Assembly (NCBI RefSeq): GCF_030028105.1
Contig: NC_092387.1
Coordinates: forward strand, 55,561,590-55,625,589
DNA: 64,000 bases
Source: Mobula birostris
Lineage: Eukaryota
Reading direction: 5' to 3'
Shown: positions 61,778 to 64,000 of the stretch, piece after piece
Layout of the letters: each line of letters starts with the position of its first letter
Position numbering within the stretch: position 1 is the stretch's first letter
Notes under the pieces: generated by a model
Told to the model about the DNA's origin: nothing
The model's database searches: none
The model's input: only the letters and a program-made list of their open reading frames with translations
Program-made: the position numbers and the translations under genes

Positions 61778-63171
61778 TGGATTCTTCCCCCTACCTTCCC
61801 AGTCCTGATGACGAGCTGGGCCCAAAACTTCAACTGTTTATTCCCCTCCAAAGATGCTACCTGACCTGCCAAGTTTCTCCAGCAGTCTGTGTGTGTTGCT
61901 CTGAATTTCAAGGATGGGATGAGGGTATCGGATGCCTCGGCACCAGCTGATGAGAGAGCAAGCAGTCAGGCCATGCCCAGGGATGAATGTTTCTCCATCT
62001 CACCGTCATGCACGTTTGCAGCCAGACCGTCACCGGCAGCCCGTGACTTCATTCATCTCCTCGGGTTCCCTCGGGCTGTAGACTGACTGTTGCGGTCCTG
62101 GTGGAGACTGGCAGCTCAGGTCCCATGGGAAGCATGTGTGCTTTGGCTGTTGGAGTCCACCAGCTTCACATCCTTTGCCTCTCTGGACACCAGACACTGG
62201 CACAGGAGAGCCTATCTGAGTTAGCGAGATGGGAAACCATTTAAACACAGACTGTACACCCCTCAGGGGTGCACCCGGGAAGGTCCAGATGTGGTCGAGA
62301 ATCATATCATACCAGGCGAAGCAAGGAGCTGACGAACGGGCCACCAAATCCCTTCACAGTCAGCTAACAAGGTTGTCTCTTGTTCTCTGATTTAGCTGCA
62401 ACCTGTTTGATCTGCACGATTGCAATGAACAGCCATGAGAACCTTTGTCAGATGCTCTGTCTGGTGAGCTTTGTCTTTCCCGTGGTGTCGTGTGTTTCGA
62501 GTACCTCTCATCCATTATGCTTGTCATTCACTGCTGCCGACTGTTTTCTGTTTGGCCAGCTGCGTTCTCATCTTTTTACTGTACGGCTGTCCTTGTGTAT
62601 GAAGTAGGAAGTACAAATTCAGCAGTAAGCCAAACTCCACTCAACTGAATACAGCAGTCAAGCTCGGTCATTTGTTCCAAGCCCAGTTCAGGCTGGTAAC
62701 AGGCCTTTGCCAAACAAGCCCACACCACCCCATTATACCCAGATGACCAATGAACGTCTTTGGAATATGGGAAGAAACCAGAGGAAACCCAAGCACTCAT
62801 GGGGAGGAAGTATAAACTCCTTGCTGATGGGGTGGGAATCGAACTTACGTCACTTGTGCTCTTTCGTTACTGTGCTATTTCATTTCACCATTACATTGCT
62901 GTGGCAATGTTAAATATTAGTTAGGTCACTTATAAAAGACAACCCGTGCCTAGGGCCTCAGTTATTCAATAATTAATCAATGTTGAGTGGTAAAAAGTTT
63001 GTGTGCACTGCAACAGTTTCTTCAGCATTCTGGTCACTTGACACAGGTGCCTCCTGTCTGGCCAGTCTCCCAACATCAGCCATCAGGTTGTCCAAATCTG
63101 GTGTATGAAATGATGACTTTCCCGTAGTTGGTTTTGCTTTGGAAATCCAACTGTTGTTAGACAGAATAGAC

Positions 63172-64000
63172 CAGGGGTAGGCAACCTATGACCCGTGGGC
63201 CAGATCTGGCCTGCGAAGATATTATGACTGGCCCGCGAGCAAATATTGGGATACTATGCTTATCCGGCTGAGAGCGATTTTTCCTTATTCTGAGTGTTTC
63301 ATGTGACCACACTGATGGACATTCATGTCGTCTTGTTACACTGGCCCCACGTTTCATTTTGTCCAAACCAAACACTGGTAGAAAAGAATGACAGGAAGGC
63401 AGACTACCTTATCAATATGTATTAGATACACTCCGTGCACGTACAGGTTTTCAGATGGGATTGTTCAAATTTGTAAACAGAAACAGCGTCACTGTGTTTT
63501 AACAAGAAATCCACGCTAGATATCCAGATATTTACATGTGCTACGATACTTGTTGAATAACTCGCGGTTCGAAATAAAATCGAAGAAAAAAATTCCAATG
63601 GCAATGAATGCAAAACGCAGGAAGGTAGACGCTGAGTGCTGGAAAGATGAAGTTGAGCATATGAAGGCTAGTTTCAGAAAACAAATGTCATTTTCTGCCA
63701 AGTAAAGCAGTGAAAATGAAGGAAATACCTGTGCCAGCTACGAGGTCTCAAAACTTATTGCAGAAAAGATGTAACCTTTTACAGATGGAGAGTTTGTCAA
63801 AGAATGTTTAATGGCAGTGGTGGATATTGTTTGTCCTGAAAAGAAATCTTTATTTGCATCTATCAGCCTGTCAGCAAGAACGATCACACAGCGAGTTGAA
63901 GAAATGTCAGCAGATGTTAAAAGTTGTTTAGGGATGCCTGCAACGAATTGCAATATTTTTCAATTGCGCCCGATGAGAGTACAGACTTGAGAGACACTGC
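63172..64000 (+). mobile_element. hAT (Charlie/Buster, GTF2IRD2-like) DNA transposon 5' end with decayed transposase, running off the window
   Basis: TIR start CAGGGGTAGGCAACCT, preceded by the 8-mer GAATAGAC (NNNTANNN target). KRRKVDAEC, PFTDGEFVKECL, SLSARTITQRVEEMS and DESTD motifs with stops and a deletion. Confidence 0.85.

Noticed and set aside
61945-61995. CTGATGAG hammerhead-like core outside a PLE
   Set aside because: No stem II or GAAA at the required position.

Overview
Repeat-rich vertebrate genomic DNA. The repeat landscape (CR1, Rex/Babar, RTE, Penelope-like elements, V-SINE/HE1-type SINEs, Tc1 and hAT relics) suggests a cartilaginous fish such as a ray or shark; this is inference. 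The only apparently functional protein-coding feature is the first coding exon of a BK/Slo potassium channel gene (KCNMA1-like, noticeably diverged) on the minus strand in a CpG island at the window start. The rest is its 5' flank. That flank holds three decayed, plus-strand gene copies: a 5'-truncated HSPD1 retrocopy inside a 52-bp satellite, a TP53BP1 BRCT/3'UTR fragment, and a CLASP1 retrocopy split by a CR1 LINE, a solo LTR and a second CR1. Penelope-like element termini carry minimal type I hammerhead ribozyme motifs, often as palindromes. The least explained feature is a unique ~400-bp island at ~45.85-46.25 kb. It has tandem histone-3'-end-like stem-loop plus U7-HDE-like units, extra hairpins and a CCAAT/CHR promoter-like block, but no histone ORF. 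Repeat boundaries are approximate unless target-site duplications (TSDs) are quoted. All family assignments are from motif recognition, not database searches.
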